The notes under the pieces: generated by a model
The model's database searches: none
What the model was told of the DNA's origin: nothing
Seen by the model: the letters and a program-made list of their open reading frames with translations, nothing else
DNA from: Candidatus Woesearchaeota archaeon CG1_02_57_44
GTDB taxonomy: Archaea; Nanobdellota; Nanobdellia; Woesearchaeales; CG1-02-57-44
DNA: 55,134 nucleotides
Direction of reading: 5' to 3'
Assembly: GCA_001871415.1 (NCBI GenBank)
Contig: MNWW01000006.1
Coordinates: 1 to 55,134 of the forward strand
Position numbers and translations under genes: made by a program
Part shown: piece by piece, positions 7,248 to 16,814 of the stretch
How the letters are laid out: each line of letters opens with the position of its first letter
Numbering within the stretch: position 1 is the first letter of the stretch

Positions 7248-7847
7248 CTACCCCACCCAACTCACCAGTTCCTCGAAGACCTCCAGTTTGAGGATGGAAT
7301 CAACATACAGCCCCGGCAGGTTGATAAGTTTTCTCTTTACTCGGTCATCATATAGCAGGATGAAACGCGCGCCATACCTGCGATGACAGCGCTTGAGCTG
7401 CCTCACAAACTGCTCAAGCTGCGAGCGGTCGTACTGCTGGACAGAAAAATCAATCAGCTGGGAAATCGAGTCCACGACAACGATGTGCGGCAACACTTCC
7501 TGCACCAATCCCGCCATCAATTCATACAGATGGTCGAAGTCCTGGGGCATCCTCGCATACCTACAATCCATCGGCGCCTGCTTGGCGAAGATGCTCGGTG
7601 AGACACAGTCGATGAACAATGGCTGCGCCTTGGATTTCTTCAACCCCGCCACCACGGACGCGGCGGTCTTGGTCATGGAGACATAGAGCATTCGCTTTGC
7701 CTCGATGAGATTCAGCACATCCAGCAAGTCCACAAATTCCGCGTTATTGATGAGCAACAATACCTCGCCCTGCGACAGCTCATGCTGCAGCGATGCCCTC
7801 ACTTCCTTCCACACATTCATCGATGTCACGGCGAAGTCCATGTTCAT
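7248..7847 (-). CDS. KaiC/RecA-fold protein lacking a Walker A P-loop (pseudo-ATPase); paralogue of 36721-37584
   Basis: Walker-B-like HIVVVDSISQL and the blocks LYVSMTKTAASV and LFIDCVS align by eye with CYVSLNKPAKTL, FFIDTVS and FFDSLSTL of the 36721 ORF. No GxxxxGK[ST]. ATG 7847 overlaps the upstream TGA by 1 nt. Confidence 0.55.
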   Translation of the reverse strand: MNMDFAVTSMNVWKEVRASLQHELSQGEVLLLINNAEFVDLLDVLNLIEAKRMLYVSMTKTAASVVAGLKKSKAQPLFIDCVSPSIFAKQAPMDCRYARMPQDFDHLYELMAGLVQEVLPHIVVVDSISQLIDFSVQQYDRSQLEQFVRQLKRCHRRYGARFILLYDDRVKRKLINLPGLYVDSILKLEVFEELVSWVG

Positions 7848-8209
7848 CACCGCGTGTGCTTCTTGACACTTGCCAGCAGGTCCTTGACCTGAAAGGGCTT
7901 CTTGATATAGTCCACGACACGATAGCGCTTGCGCAGCACCACTCCCTCGTCGGACGAGAAGCGCACCACCGTCACCAGGATAATTGCCGCGGACAGCTGC
8001 AATTGCAAAAACTGCTCGAGCAGATCCTTGAAGTCCATGCCCGGCATCATCACATCCATGACAATAAGGTCGGGATGAAACTTCTGCACCTTCACAAGAA
8101 AGTCTTTGCCCCCATAAGTCGCGGCAGTCGTGTGCCCTGCGTCACGCAGCAGGTCCTGCATGGTCTGCACAATGTCTTTATTGTCATCCACTATCATGAT
8201 ACGTGCCAC
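7847..8209 (-). CDS. Stand-alone response-regulator receiver domain (CheY-like)
   Basis: 120 aa: RIMIVDDN, phospho-acceptor context LIVMDVMMPGMD, conserved K region YIKKPF. No output domain. GTG start overlaps the upstream TAG by 1 nt. Confidence 0.85.
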   Translation of the reverse strand: MARIMIVDDNKDIVQTMQDLLRDAGHTTAATYGGKDFLVKVQKFHPDLIVMDVMMPGMDFKDLLEQFLQLQLSAAIILVTVVRFSSDEGVVLRKRYRVVDYIKKPFQVKDLLASVKKHTR

Positions 8210-9027
8210 TAGCCTCGCCTCCGTGTTGACTGCAAAGGAATCGTAAACAAAAAGGTGGTGCCGGTTGCCTGCAACGTCGAGGCGGCTGGAGCCATGTCGA
8301 CCGACGATATGATCCTCACGCCATTGTCCGCTGCGACAGGACCTGTAGACTCCACCCAGATCCTGCCACCATGGGCCTGCACAATGCCTTTGGCAATTGC
8401 CAGGCCAAGTCCCGAACCCTCATGCACCCTATGGGCACCAGCGTCAAGCTGTTTGAAAGGCTCGAAAATCAAGGCATGATGCTCTGGCGCAATCCCTATC
8501 CCTGTGTCGCTCACACGCACCAGGATGTCATCCCCCATACCAGGAATACTTTTTCCCTGCGGCACGTTGCTTGCTCGCTCCAGAGCGATCTCTATCCCAC
8601 CCCTGTCTGTATACTTGAGCGCGTTGCCCAGCAGGTTGAGAAAGACCTGATGCATGCGCTCATGGTCGAAGGCACATTCGGGCAGTGCGCCCGCGCGCAC
8701 CCGCAGATACAACCCTTTTTGCCTTGCCTGCGGTCGGAGCAACGAAGCGGCCTGCCTGGCGACCTTCGCGACATCCCCAGACACACAAGTATAGGACATA
8801 TTTCCCGCATCCATACGCGCAAGGTCAATGATCTCCTTAATCAGATGGTTCAGGCGTACGGTGTTGCGCAGTATCATGCGAAGGCTCCGTTTCTGCTTGG
8901 CATTCAGAGAACCATAGAAGCCACCCATCACCATCTCCAGCTGCGCCTGCATCGGCGTGAGAGGCGTGCGCAGCTCATGCGACATCAAGGTCACAAAATC
9001 CGCCTGCACCTTGGTGAGTTTTTTCAT
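8209..9027 (-). CDS. Minimal histidine kinase (DHp plus CA only; no sensor or TM domain)
   Basis: H-box FVTLMSHELRTPLTPM within 25 residues of the start MKKL; N-, G1- and G2-box regions (NLLGNALKYT, DTGIGI, GSGLGLAIA). ATG 9027 forms an ATGA overlap with the upstream stop. Confidence 0.85.
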   Translation of the reverse strand: MKKLTKVQADFVTLMSHELRTPLTPMQAQLEMVMGGFYGSLNAKQKRSLRMILRNTVRLNHLIKEIIDLARMDAGNMSYTCVSGDVAKVARQAASLLRPQARQKGLYLRVRAGALPECAFDHERMHQVFLNLLGNALKYTDRGGIEIALERASNVPQGKSIPGMGDDILVRVSDTGIGIAPEHHALIFEPFKQLDAGAHRVHEGSGLGLAIAKGIVQAHGGRIWVESTGPVAADNGVRIISSVDMAPAASTLQATGTTFLFTIPLQSTRRRG

Positions 9028-9959
9028 GGGAATGCCCGATATCTCGTGTTGATAAGCCCCCATTCCACGAAGAGGAGCAGCAATCCTGCGATGAGCAAGT
9101 GCAATTGCAGCGGGGTCGCCACGACTTCGCGGCGCGCGCCAGCGAGACTCGCGTAGGCAATGCCCAGGTCAGTTTCGTTCTTAGCCATGATGAAGGTGCC
9201 GCCCGTCGCGTCAGCGATGCTGCGCAGCACGTCCTCGTCGATGCGCGAGACAACCTCGAGGTTCGCGTACTTGCCCCCTGTCTCGCTCGCCACGCCGATG
9301 GTATCCACGATGACGCCATTGCGAACCGCGTGCGCGACGCCATCCTGCACTGGTGTACCCACGGTGCTGCGGCCATCGGTCAAGAGTATAATACGCTTGC
9401 TACGCGGATCGCTGATGAGAAGGTTGACGCTGGTGATGAGCGCTTCTCCAAGGTCGGTTCCACCCGCGGTCATGACCCGCAGATTCTCAATCACCGAATG
9501 GGCTATGGTGTCGTCTTGTGTCGGCTGCACCAGCACTTCTGCAGTCCCGGAAAAGCTGACCACACCGACGCGCGAGCCAGGACTCGCGTTCTGCAGGAAC
9601 ATCAATGCCGCCTGCTTTGCTGCTTCCAGACGATTCGGGCTGAAGTCATCGGCCAGCATGGATGCGCTCGCGTCGATCGCAAGCACTGTTGTCGTAGATT
9701 CTGTCACGCCATAGCGCCACAGCACGGGGCCTGCTGCGCTAAGGATAAGCATACAGAACACCACACTGCGCACGACCAGCACCCCGGTATTGCGCGAGAC
9801 CACGCGCTTTCCGGTCACGCGCTCTATGGCCTCGAAGTTCGCGAAGGCCAACGCCTTCTTGCGCACGATACGCAGCGCGATGATATGCGAGAGCACCAGC
9901 AGCGGAATGCTCAGGAGCAGCCAGAGGAACCGCGGATTCTGCAGGGTCATCCAGGCCAT
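9024..9959 (-). CDS. BatA-like membrane-anchored von Willebrand factor A (VWA) domain protein
   Basis: N-terminal TMs (FLWLLLSIPLLVL; VVRSVVFCMLILSAAG), MIDAS-like DASASM, a VWA core (ILLTDG), and a C-terminal TM. The start overlaps the DUF58 stop by 1 nt (TGATG). Confidence 0.8.
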   Translation of the reverse strand: MAWMTLQNPRFLWLLLSIPLLVLSHIIALRIVRKKALAFANFEAIERVTGKRVVSRNTGVLVVRSVVFCMLILSAAGPVLWRYGVTESTTTVLAIDASASMLADDFSPNRLEAAKQAALMFLQNASPGSRVGVVSFSGTAEVLVQPTQDDTIAHSVIENLRVMTAGGTDLGEALITSVNLLISDPRSKRIILLTDGRSTVGTPVQDGVAHAVRNGVIVDTIGVASETGGKYANLEVVSRIDEDVLRSIADATGGTFIMAKNETDLGIAYASLAGARREVVATPLQLHLLIAGLLLLFVEWGLINTRYRAFP

Positions 9960-10843
9960 CAGTGCGACCTCCCCAAGAAGAACTTTCTCATCGGACGCTC
10001 AAAGGGCTTGTCCGTGGTCAGGCGCAGCACATCAATACCCTTGCGCTTGAGACGCTCAGCAGTGTGATCGATAATAGCCCCTGCCTCCTGGCTGTACTGC
10101 TGCCTGATAGCCGCTGTGTCCACGAGCAGCTGCTCGCCCGATACCGGATGACTGAGCACTACTTGCATGGCCTCCTGCGGCAATGCCAAATCCCTCGGGT
10201 CCAACACCATGACAGCGGCGACATCATACTTTTGCGCCAACACGCTGAGCGGCCGGTCCCAGTTGTCAGGCATGCCCAGAAAATCGGAGATCAGAATCAC
10301 CGTCGCACGTGGCGGCAGGAAGGACTGCAGCAGGTTCGCGGCGTTGCCCAGGTTGAAAACGCCACCATAGTTGTCAGGATTCAGTATTGCTTTAGCGAAG
10401 ACATACATCTGCGTCGGCCCCTTGCCAAGACGCTGCGTGAAGACGGGACCATTGGCGAACAGACCAAAGCCCATGGTATCATCAGACTCCAGAATCGCAT
10501 AGGCGAGCGCGCCTGCGAGCTCAGCAGCGTATTCGCACTTGAGCTGCTCAGTACTGCCAAAGACCATGCTCTGGCTCACATCCACCAGGACGTAGGAGAT
10601 GACATTGCGTTCCTCCACATACTGCTTGACCAACGTCTCCTGCGTCCTCACCGACGCCTTCCAGTCAATCAAATTCGCGTCATCATCAGAATTGTACGTC
10701 CTGTAGCCATCAAACTCCATACCCTTGCCCTTAAAGAGACTACGATATATGCCCGCCTGCCAGGAGCGCTTTGGCTTGTGCGCTGCGGCGTATTCAAGCT
10801 TGCTGAGCAACGGCAGAATTCTTGCGTTGAGCTTTCGTGTCAT
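9959..10843 (-). CDS. DUF58-family protein (MoxR-associated, VWA-like)
   Basis: Typical DUF58 N-terminal block GIYRSLFKGKGMEFDGYRTYNSDDDANLIDWKASVR and a VWA-like VLVDVSQSM. ATGA overlap with the moxR stop at 10840-10843. Confidence 0.8.
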   Translation of the reverse strand: MTRKLNARILPLLSKLEYAAAHKPKRSWQAGIYRSLFKGKGMEFDGYRTYNSDDDANLIDWKASVRTQETLVKQYVEERNVISYVLVDVSQSMVFGSTEQLKCEYAAELAGALAYAILESDDTMGFGLFANGPVFTQRLGKGPTQMYVFAKAILNPDNYGGVFNLGNAANLLQSFLPPRATVILISDFLGMPDNWDRPLSVLAQKYDVAAVMVLDPRDLALPQEAMQVVLSHPVSGEQLLVDTAAIRQQYSQEAGAIIDHTAERLKRKGIDVLRLTTDKPFERPMRKFFLGRSH

Positions 10844-11901
10844 GGCACCCTGACCCGCTTGAGAATCTCAGCCACCACATCGTCGGTGCTGATGCGGTCG
10901 GACTGACCCTCATAGTTGAGCAGGATGCGATGGCGAAGCACGCTGGGCGCCACTTCCTTGACCTCATGCGGCGTCACATACGAGCGCCCACGCATCAACG
11001 CCATGGCCTTCGCCGCGATATAGAGACCGATGCTGCCGCGTGGCGACGCGCCCCATTGCACATATCGCGCGAGGCCGACCTTATAGTCGCGTGGATTGCG
11101 GGTAGCGTCGATGATGGAGACCAGATAGCGCTCTATCTTGGGGTCGACGTAGATGGCCAGAGCCTCTCGCTGCCAGCGCAGGATATCTGTCGGCTTGACC
11201 ACAGGCCTGATGCCATAGGCGGAGAAGTCACGGATAGTCATGTTGCGGTTGAGGATTATCTGCTCCTCGTCTCTTGATGGATACGTGACAGACAGCTTGA
11301 GCAGGAAGCGGTCAACCTGGGCTTCTGGCAATGGATAGGTTCCCAGGTTCTCTATAGGATTCTGCGTCGCTAGCACGAAGAACGGCGTCGGCAAGGGAAA
11401 CGTCTGCTTGCCGATGGTGGCCTGACGCTCCTGCATGGACTCGAGGAGCGCGGACTGCGTCTTGGGCGGCGCGCGGTTTATCTCATCAGCCAGCAGGAAA
11501 TTGGCGAAGACAGGTCCCTTCAGGACATAGAAGCCCTTCTGCTTGTCGTACGCGGTGATGCCCACGATATCGGCCGGGAGCATGTCAGCAGTGAACTGGA
11601 TGCGTGAGAACGTGCAGTTGGTCGCGCCGGCGAGCGCGCGCACCATGAGGGTCTTTGCGATGCCCGGCACGCCTTCGAGCAGCACATTGCCGCTGCCTAC
11701 CAGCGCCAGTATGAGATGGTCAAGGACCTTCTCCTGACCCACCACGATCTTCGCCAGCTCCTTGCGGATGGCCTCAAATGATTTCGGGCTCGCGGTGCGC
11801 ATGCCTGCTGAGCGCCCAGCTGTGGAAGTCGCAGCCTTGCCGGCAGATGCCCTTGAAGTCTTGCCAGTGGCGCTAGCACCCCTTTTTTTGGCCATAGGCA
11901 T
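10840..11901 (-). CDS. MoxR-family AAA+ ATPase
   Basis: Walker A LLEGVPGIAKT, Walker B FLLADEINRAPPKTQSALLE, and the conserved C-terminal block GASPRGS. Start set to ATG 11901 (alternatively 11895), about 23-29 nt downstream of a TTTAATAA box on the minus strand. Confidence 0.9.
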   Translation of the reverse strand: MPMAKKRGASATGKTSRASAGKAATSTAGRSAGMRTASPKSFEAIRKELAKIVVGQEKVLDHLILALVGSGNVLLEGVPGIAKTLMVRALAGATNCTFSRIQFTADMLPADIVGITAYDKQKGFYVLKGPVFANFLLADEINRAPPKTQSALLESMQERQATIGKQTFPLPTPFFVLATQNPIENLGTYPLPEAQVDRFLLKLSVTYPSRDEEQIILNRNMTIRDFSAYGIRPVVKPTDILRWQREALAIYVDPKIERYLVSIIDATRNPRDYKVGLARYVQWGASPRGSIGLYIAAKAMALMRGRSYVTPHEVKEVAPSVLRHRILLNYEGQSDRISTDDVVAEILKRVRVP

Positions 11902-12029
11902 GATTCTGGCAGGGGGCGTTATTAAATGTTGCGATAGACCGACAGGCGAGGCAACAGGCAAATTGAGCAGACGCCCTATTGCCAGAGAATGGGCAAGATA
12001 TTAATATCAGTCCAGCCGCAGCAGACCAT

Positions 12030-12401
12030 ATGGCGACCCCACTGGAACGCTTCACTCCCCGCTACCGTGCCTTATTGCAGGAGCGCTACCATATCCCGCC
12101 ATCCTTGGATCTGCAGGAAGCTGAAGCGAGGTTGCAGAAGCGACGCATGCCCTCAGAAGAGAAGGAGCTCATCTTGAGCATCATGCAGGAGCTCCGCGCC
12201 TGCGTATATGATCCAGAAAAAAAGAGCTGCTCTACCTCAGGCCTGGAACGCAAATTCAAGCAGCTTGCCGCGATGAAGGATACGACAGGCAAGAAGCGAG
12301 CAGCCAGCAAATCGGGCGGCAAGAAAAACTCGGCAAAGCCTGCCAAGAGCGCAGCAAAGAAGAGAGGCCCGCTATCGTTTCTTTCGCTTCGCATGCGCTG
12401 A
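12030..12401 (+). CDS. Small hypothetical protein with a lysine-rich C-terminal tail
   Basis: 123 codons from ATG 12030. An A/T box (ATATTAATAT, about 11997-12006) is centred about 28 nt upstream. The 3' end overlaps the convergent giant gene by 30 nt. No recognisable domain. Confidence 0.35.
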   Translation: MATPLERFTPRYRALLQERYHIPPSLDLQEAEARLQKRRMPSEEKELILSIMQELRACVYDPEKKSCSTSGLERKFKQLAAMKDTTGKKRAASKSGGKKNSAKPAKSAAKKRGPLSFLSLRMR

Positions 12402-15400
12402 TCGCTTTCTGACCGTCGCTGATGAAGTCTTACGTCTCGTCTTGTCAATTCTTTTGGCTGCTGATGAACGCGCATCTTCGCTGGATCGCGGAGGATGATG
12501 CCTCGCGTGGCGGTGGCGCAGCAGCCAGACCAGCAACGCGATGACGGCCACAGGCACGAGCAGTAGCCACCATGGCACCCTGCGTGGCTCCTGCGGACTA
12601 GCGCTCGCCTGCTCCTTCCTCGGCTGCGCCAGATTCTCTTTCACCGCATCGCTGAGGAAATTGCAGGCACTGATGGATGCCTCGATGAGCGCGTTCGCCT
12701 TGTCTATCTCCCCCGCCGCGATCGCCTTCTGCGCGTCCTGCAGCGACTCAGTCAATTCGAGGCACTCTGACTTGGATGCCAGCAGGTCGCGAGCGAACGC
12801 GATCCTCGTGTTCACTTGGCTGCCGTTATGCTCGCCCATGTGATAGGTGTTCAGGAACATCTTGCTGCTCGCCTGGTATGGGGGATTGGAGACATTGGCA
12901 GTCAGTACAATCTCGTAGGATCCCTGTGCCTTGAACGAGGTCACGATAAGTGTCGACATTACGGCACTGTATGGTTCCATCTCATCCAGCGCATCATAGG
13001 CCCAGTCGAGGGCCACTCCAGACTTTTCGGTCGACGCGCGCAACGTCACGTTCTGCAAGGTCATATTGACCGTATTGACAATACGAACAGGAACAATAAT
13101 GGTGTCGTTGTCATAGACCGTCATTTCCTCCGGGACGATCATGTCCAGATACACCGGAGTCGACACATTCCGCTTGACCTCCTTGGGGAACGGCACCATC
13201 ATGCTGCCGCCGCCACCGCCACCGCCCGATGAGACCACCGTCACCTCGCTCGTCCCTCCAGAGCCCTGGCTATCAGTCACTTCAACAAGGACATAGTTAC
13301 TGTACACTTCATTCCCTGAGTCATTTGCCACAAAGCGGATACGCTCAGCGCCCGACCAGCCGCTCGCTGGGATGAATGTCACCTTGTGTGTGGTATTGCT
13401 TATCAGCACCTGCAATTGCGTTGTGTTGACCGCACTGAAGACCACCTGAGCATCCGCATCCTCGTCTATGAAGAAATCGTCCAGGTCAATCCAGTTGACC
13501 GTCACCGTATCCTTGCCGATGCTCGCGTTCGCGATGTGATAATTATACGTAACCCCTGTGACACGAGGTGTGCTATTGTCAGCAGTCGTGTTGATTTGCA
13601 CCGCCAGCTGCAGATAACGCTGGTGCGAGATATTTATCCTGCCCGACGCGACAGGACTCCAACCGTCCCAAGTGATATTGTTGTCTGAGACGCGCACCTT
13701 TGGCGCGATGGTATGCCTGGAGTCATTGCCCTGCACCTGCACATCGAGCGCGCCATACGTCACATAGGTATCTTCATGGAAATCAATGACCGTCGCTGTC
13801 GCGTTTCCCTGCAGAACATACGCCGAGTCATTGACACGCAGCTCAAGCCCCCTACCGGTCGCGTTCAGATTGTTGACTTCCCATCCTAATAGGGCAGCGG
13901 TATTCTGCGACTTCACGCCGAACACCGGCAACCGGTCCACATTATCCACGGTGATGCTCCAATTGCGATAAATAGTCGTAGACTGATCGCTCACATTGAG
14001 CTCCACCAGGTGCGAGCCGTTGGACAGCCAGTCAGCCCAGTACGCATAGGATATATTCATCACATACCCCCGGGTCACGTTGGACACATTGACGACCTGC
14101 ACCTCATGGTCGAGCAGCCACTGGAAGGTGAGCGCATCATCAGCAACAGTCAGGTCAAGATCCTCCACGCTAGCATTGAAGGTGACGGTATGATTCTCCT
14201 GTATGCTGACGCTGCCATTCGGCTGCAGCAAGGTCAGGTTGGGCGCGTTGTTCACATTGCCGATAGTCAGATTCACTATTTCCCAATCGTGTTGGCTGGG
14301 GATGCTCACCTGATGAATGGATACGTTCATGGCAAAAACACCGACGTCCAACGGACCTGGTGTGAAATTGATGAGCGCGTCACTGATGGCAAAGAAGGGA
14401 GGCGAGCTGTTCAGGAACGTGACATTGTAGGCCAGCGCGTCACCTTCCTCGTCTGTGGCGTTGATGAGATACTCGAGCAGCGTTCCTTCTGTGCCATTGA
14501 CAGAGCCGATAAGCGTGAGCACCGGCGCGTTGTCAATGCCCGCCACACCAAAGAAGACACTGATGGTGGTCGCTATCAACGCGTCAGATACGGTCAGATT
14601 CACGGTGTGATTATTCACATCCTGCTTTTGTGGCGTGAAGGAGAGCAGCCCTGTCGACGAGACGCTGAAGTTCGGGAAGCTGGTGTTACTGACCACCTGC
14701 CCGCTCACGTTGAAGGAATCTCCGTCAGTATCCGTAATGGAGAGCTGCAATGAATAGGAAATCTTTTCCGTAAGATTCTGTGGACCAGGGTCACCGATGA
14801 CAGGAGCATGATTGTCAGTGAAGTTGACCAGGACCAGTTCACTGTCGCTATTACCATGAGCGTCGGTAGCGGACACATTGATGAAATAGACCGCCCCCTC
14901 TGCGGACGAGCGGTTGATGCGAGCGCCCAGATCCCCGCTTTGTGATAATGTAAAACTGGAGTCATTGACCTCGAAGGTCAGATTGTCCCCTGGCACTGGC
15001 AGGTCCGGATCTGTCGCGTTCACCGTGAAGGTCAACATCCTGCCCACCCTCGTCTGCTGAGAGCCAATGGACGCAAGCACCGGCGCCTCCCAGACATTGC
15101 GCAACTCAAGATGGAAGCTCGTGCGGTTCACGGCACCATAGATATCCGTCGCGCTCAGATTGATACTGTAATTTCCGATGTCCGCTTTGCCGCAGTCACC
15201 CCCCACAAAACCGGTCGCGTTGACACTCACACAGGAAGGCTCACCAGTCAATGTGAAGTTGATAGCATCCGCGTCAGGGTCGGTCACATTCACCTGGATG
15301 CTCACATTCTCATAGATGGTGAGGGATGTGTTGAGCGGACGATCGGTGAAGTAGGGCGCCCTGTTTGTCTTCACCCAGATGCCAAGGGTCCCTGCCACCC

Positions 15401-16814
15401 TCAGGCCAAAGCTGTCCGACACATTGAGCAGCACATCATAGTGACCCAGATCCGCCAGCACCGGACTCGCGCTTAAGGTGAAATGCGTGCTGTTAAGACT
15501 GCTGATAGTTATATTGGTCACGTTCAGTCTGCTGCTGTTGAGGCTGAGATTGAGAACATCTCCAAAACCGATGTCATTGTCCGTCACCCCGACCGTATAT
15601 GACCAGTCTGTGAATGCCGAGACATTCTGCGGCACCAGCACCGGCAGGAACGGCGCATCGCCTGTGCACGTGACCACTAGAGAGGTGTTGGCGCTGCTGG
15701 CCGCGGAACTGTCATTCATGGAGAATCGCACGAGCTGGCTGCCGCACCAATTGGAGGCCAGCGTGACATTGACCGTCGCGCCATCAAGACTCACATTCAC
15801 GTCTGATGCCGAACCGTTGAGCATGGTCACGCTGTAGGTCACACTGTTGTTGCACTCCCGCGCGTCCAGGTCATAGAAATAGTCCGTGAGATTGAGTATG
15901 GCTGTCACATTGATATCCTCGGTCAGATTCAGGACCGGTAGGGTCGTGTTCTGCTGAGGCAGACGGTTGGTGTTCGTGACGGTCAGCGCCCAGGACGTAT
16001 TCTTCTGCGTCCCCGCAGAATCATTCACCCGGAAAAGCACGGCATAGCTACCAGCATCGCAGAAGCCCGGAGCGTAGGTCCAGGTCTGCGTCGTGTAGGT
16101 CTGTCCATTCTCCGACGCCGCCTGCTGCGCGATATTGCTTGACTGCACACTTCCATTGAGACGCCAGACCAATGTCAGGTTATCGCCGTACACCTGGTCA
16201 AAATCATGCACCGTCACGTTGAACAGCCGGGAAGCGTTCTCAGCCACCGTGGTGGGGCTTGCCGGCGCTGCCCGCGTGATATTAGGAACGTCATTCTCAT
16301 TGAGGACCGATACATTAACGTTGTTGAAACAAAGCGTCTCACCCGCGGTATTGACGACCAATAGTGTGATGACCGTACTGTCAGCCTCATGGATCTCCGT
16401 TATCGCGGGAGTAAAATTGGCGAGGCCGACCGTGTCATTGATACGCGTCATGCTGATGCTGGAAAACTTTCCCTGGCTGCTCACATCTATGCTGAAATTG
16501 ACCGTCCTGTTATCGGAGTTGTTCAATATCAGGTATATTTCAGTCACATTGCCCTGCGCGGTCACTACCTGGCCTGTTGGCGCAGGTAGAAAGGAGAGTC
16601 CTGTTCCCGCTGTGCAACTGTAGGACTGCCCCGGATTAGTGTAGGCAACCAGACCTGTCAGTTCCGGCTTCACCAGCAGGACCAATAGTAAGGTCGCCAT
16701 CCCCATAAGCAGGAATGCCTGCACGCGACTCATCCTTGCTCTCGCCATCCCCTCCGGCAGATTACGATACGCGCCCCTTCCTCCAACGGCCCCACGGCGC
16801 TCCTTGGCGCTCAT
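12372..16814 (-). CDS. Giant (about 1480 aa) cell-surface protein with tandem cadherin-like modules, C-terminal TM anchor and basic tail
   Basis: N-terminal TM/signal FLLMGMATLLLVLLV. At least 8 modules are separated by cadherin-linker-like motifs (NENDVPNI, TNRAPYF, DNHAPVI, IDNAPVL, VNNAPNL, VDRLPVF). Dozens of N-x-S/T sequons, a poly-Gly linker GGGGGGGS, a C-terminal TM WWLLLVPVAVIALLVWLL, then an R/K-rich tail. ATG 16814 forms an ATGA overlap with the upstream stop. Confidence 0.8.
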   Translation of the reverse strand: MSAKERRGAVGGRGAYRNLPEGMARARMSRVQAFLLMGMATLLLVLLVKPELTGLVAYTNPGQSYSCTAGTGLSFLPAPTGQVVTAQGNVTEIYLILNNSDNRTVNFSIDVSSQGKFSSISMTRINDTVGLANFTPAITEIHEADSTVITLLVVNTAGETLCFNNVNVSVLNENDVPNITRAAPASPTTVAENASRLFNVTVHDFDQVYGDNLTLVWRLNGSVQSSNIAQQAASENGQTYTTQTWTYAPGFCDAGSYAVLFRVNDSAGTQKNTSWALTVTNTNRLPQQNTTLPVLNLTEDINVTAILNLTDYFYDLDARECNNSVTYSVTMLNGSASDVNVSLDGATVNVTLASNWCGSQLVRFSMNDSSAASSANTSLVVTCTGDAPFLPVLVPQNVSAFTDWSYTVGVTDNDIGFGDVLNLSLNSSRLNVTNITISSLNSTHFTLSASPVLADLGHYDVLLNVSDSFGLRVAGTLGIWVKTNRAPYFTDRPLNTSLTIYENVSIQVNVTDPDADAINFTLTGEPSCVSVNATGFVGGDCGKADIGNYSINLSATDIYGAVNRTSFHLELRNVWEAPVLASIGSQQTRVGRMLTFTVNATDPDLPVPGDNLTFEVNDSSFTLSQSGDLGARINRSSAEGAVYFINVSATDAHGNSDSELVLVNFTDNHAPVIGDPGPQNLTEKISYSLQLSITDTDGDSFNVSGQVVSNTSFPNFSVSSTGLLSFTPQKQDVNNHTVNLTVSDALIATTISVFFGVAGIDNAPVLTLIGSVNGTEGTLLEYLINATDEEGDALAYNVTFLNSSPPFFAISDALINFTPGPLDVGVFAMNVSIHQVSIPSQHDWEIVNLTIGNVNNAPNLTLLQPNGSVSIQENHTVTFNASVEDLDLTVADDALTFQWLLDHEVQVVNVSNVTRGYVMNISYAYWADWLSNGSHLVELNVSDQSTTIYRNWSITVDNVDRLPVFGVKSQNTAALLGWEVNNLNATGRGLELRVNDSAYVLQGNATATVIDFHEDTYVTYGALDVQVQGNDSRHTIAPKVRVSDNNITWDGWSPVASGRINISHQRYLQLAVQINTTADNSTPRVTGVTYNYHIANASIGKDTVTVNWIDLDDFFIDEDADAQVVFSAVNTTQLQVLISNTTHKVTFIPASGWSGAERIRFVANDSGNEVYSNYVLVEVTDSQGSGGTSEVTVVSSGGGGGGGSMMVPFPKEVKRNVSTPVYLDMIVPEEMTVYDNDTIIVPVRIVNTVNMTLQNVTLRASTEKSGVALDWAYDALDEMEPYSAVMSTLIVTSFKAQGSYEIVLTANVSNPPYQASSKMFLNTYHMGEHNGSQVNTRIAFARDLLASKSECLELTESLQDAQKAIAAGEIDKANALIEASISACNFLSDAVKENLAQPRKEQASASPQEPRRVPWWLLLVPVAVIALLVWLLRHRHARHHPPRSSEDARSSAAKRIDKTRRKTSSATVRKRSAHAKRKKR

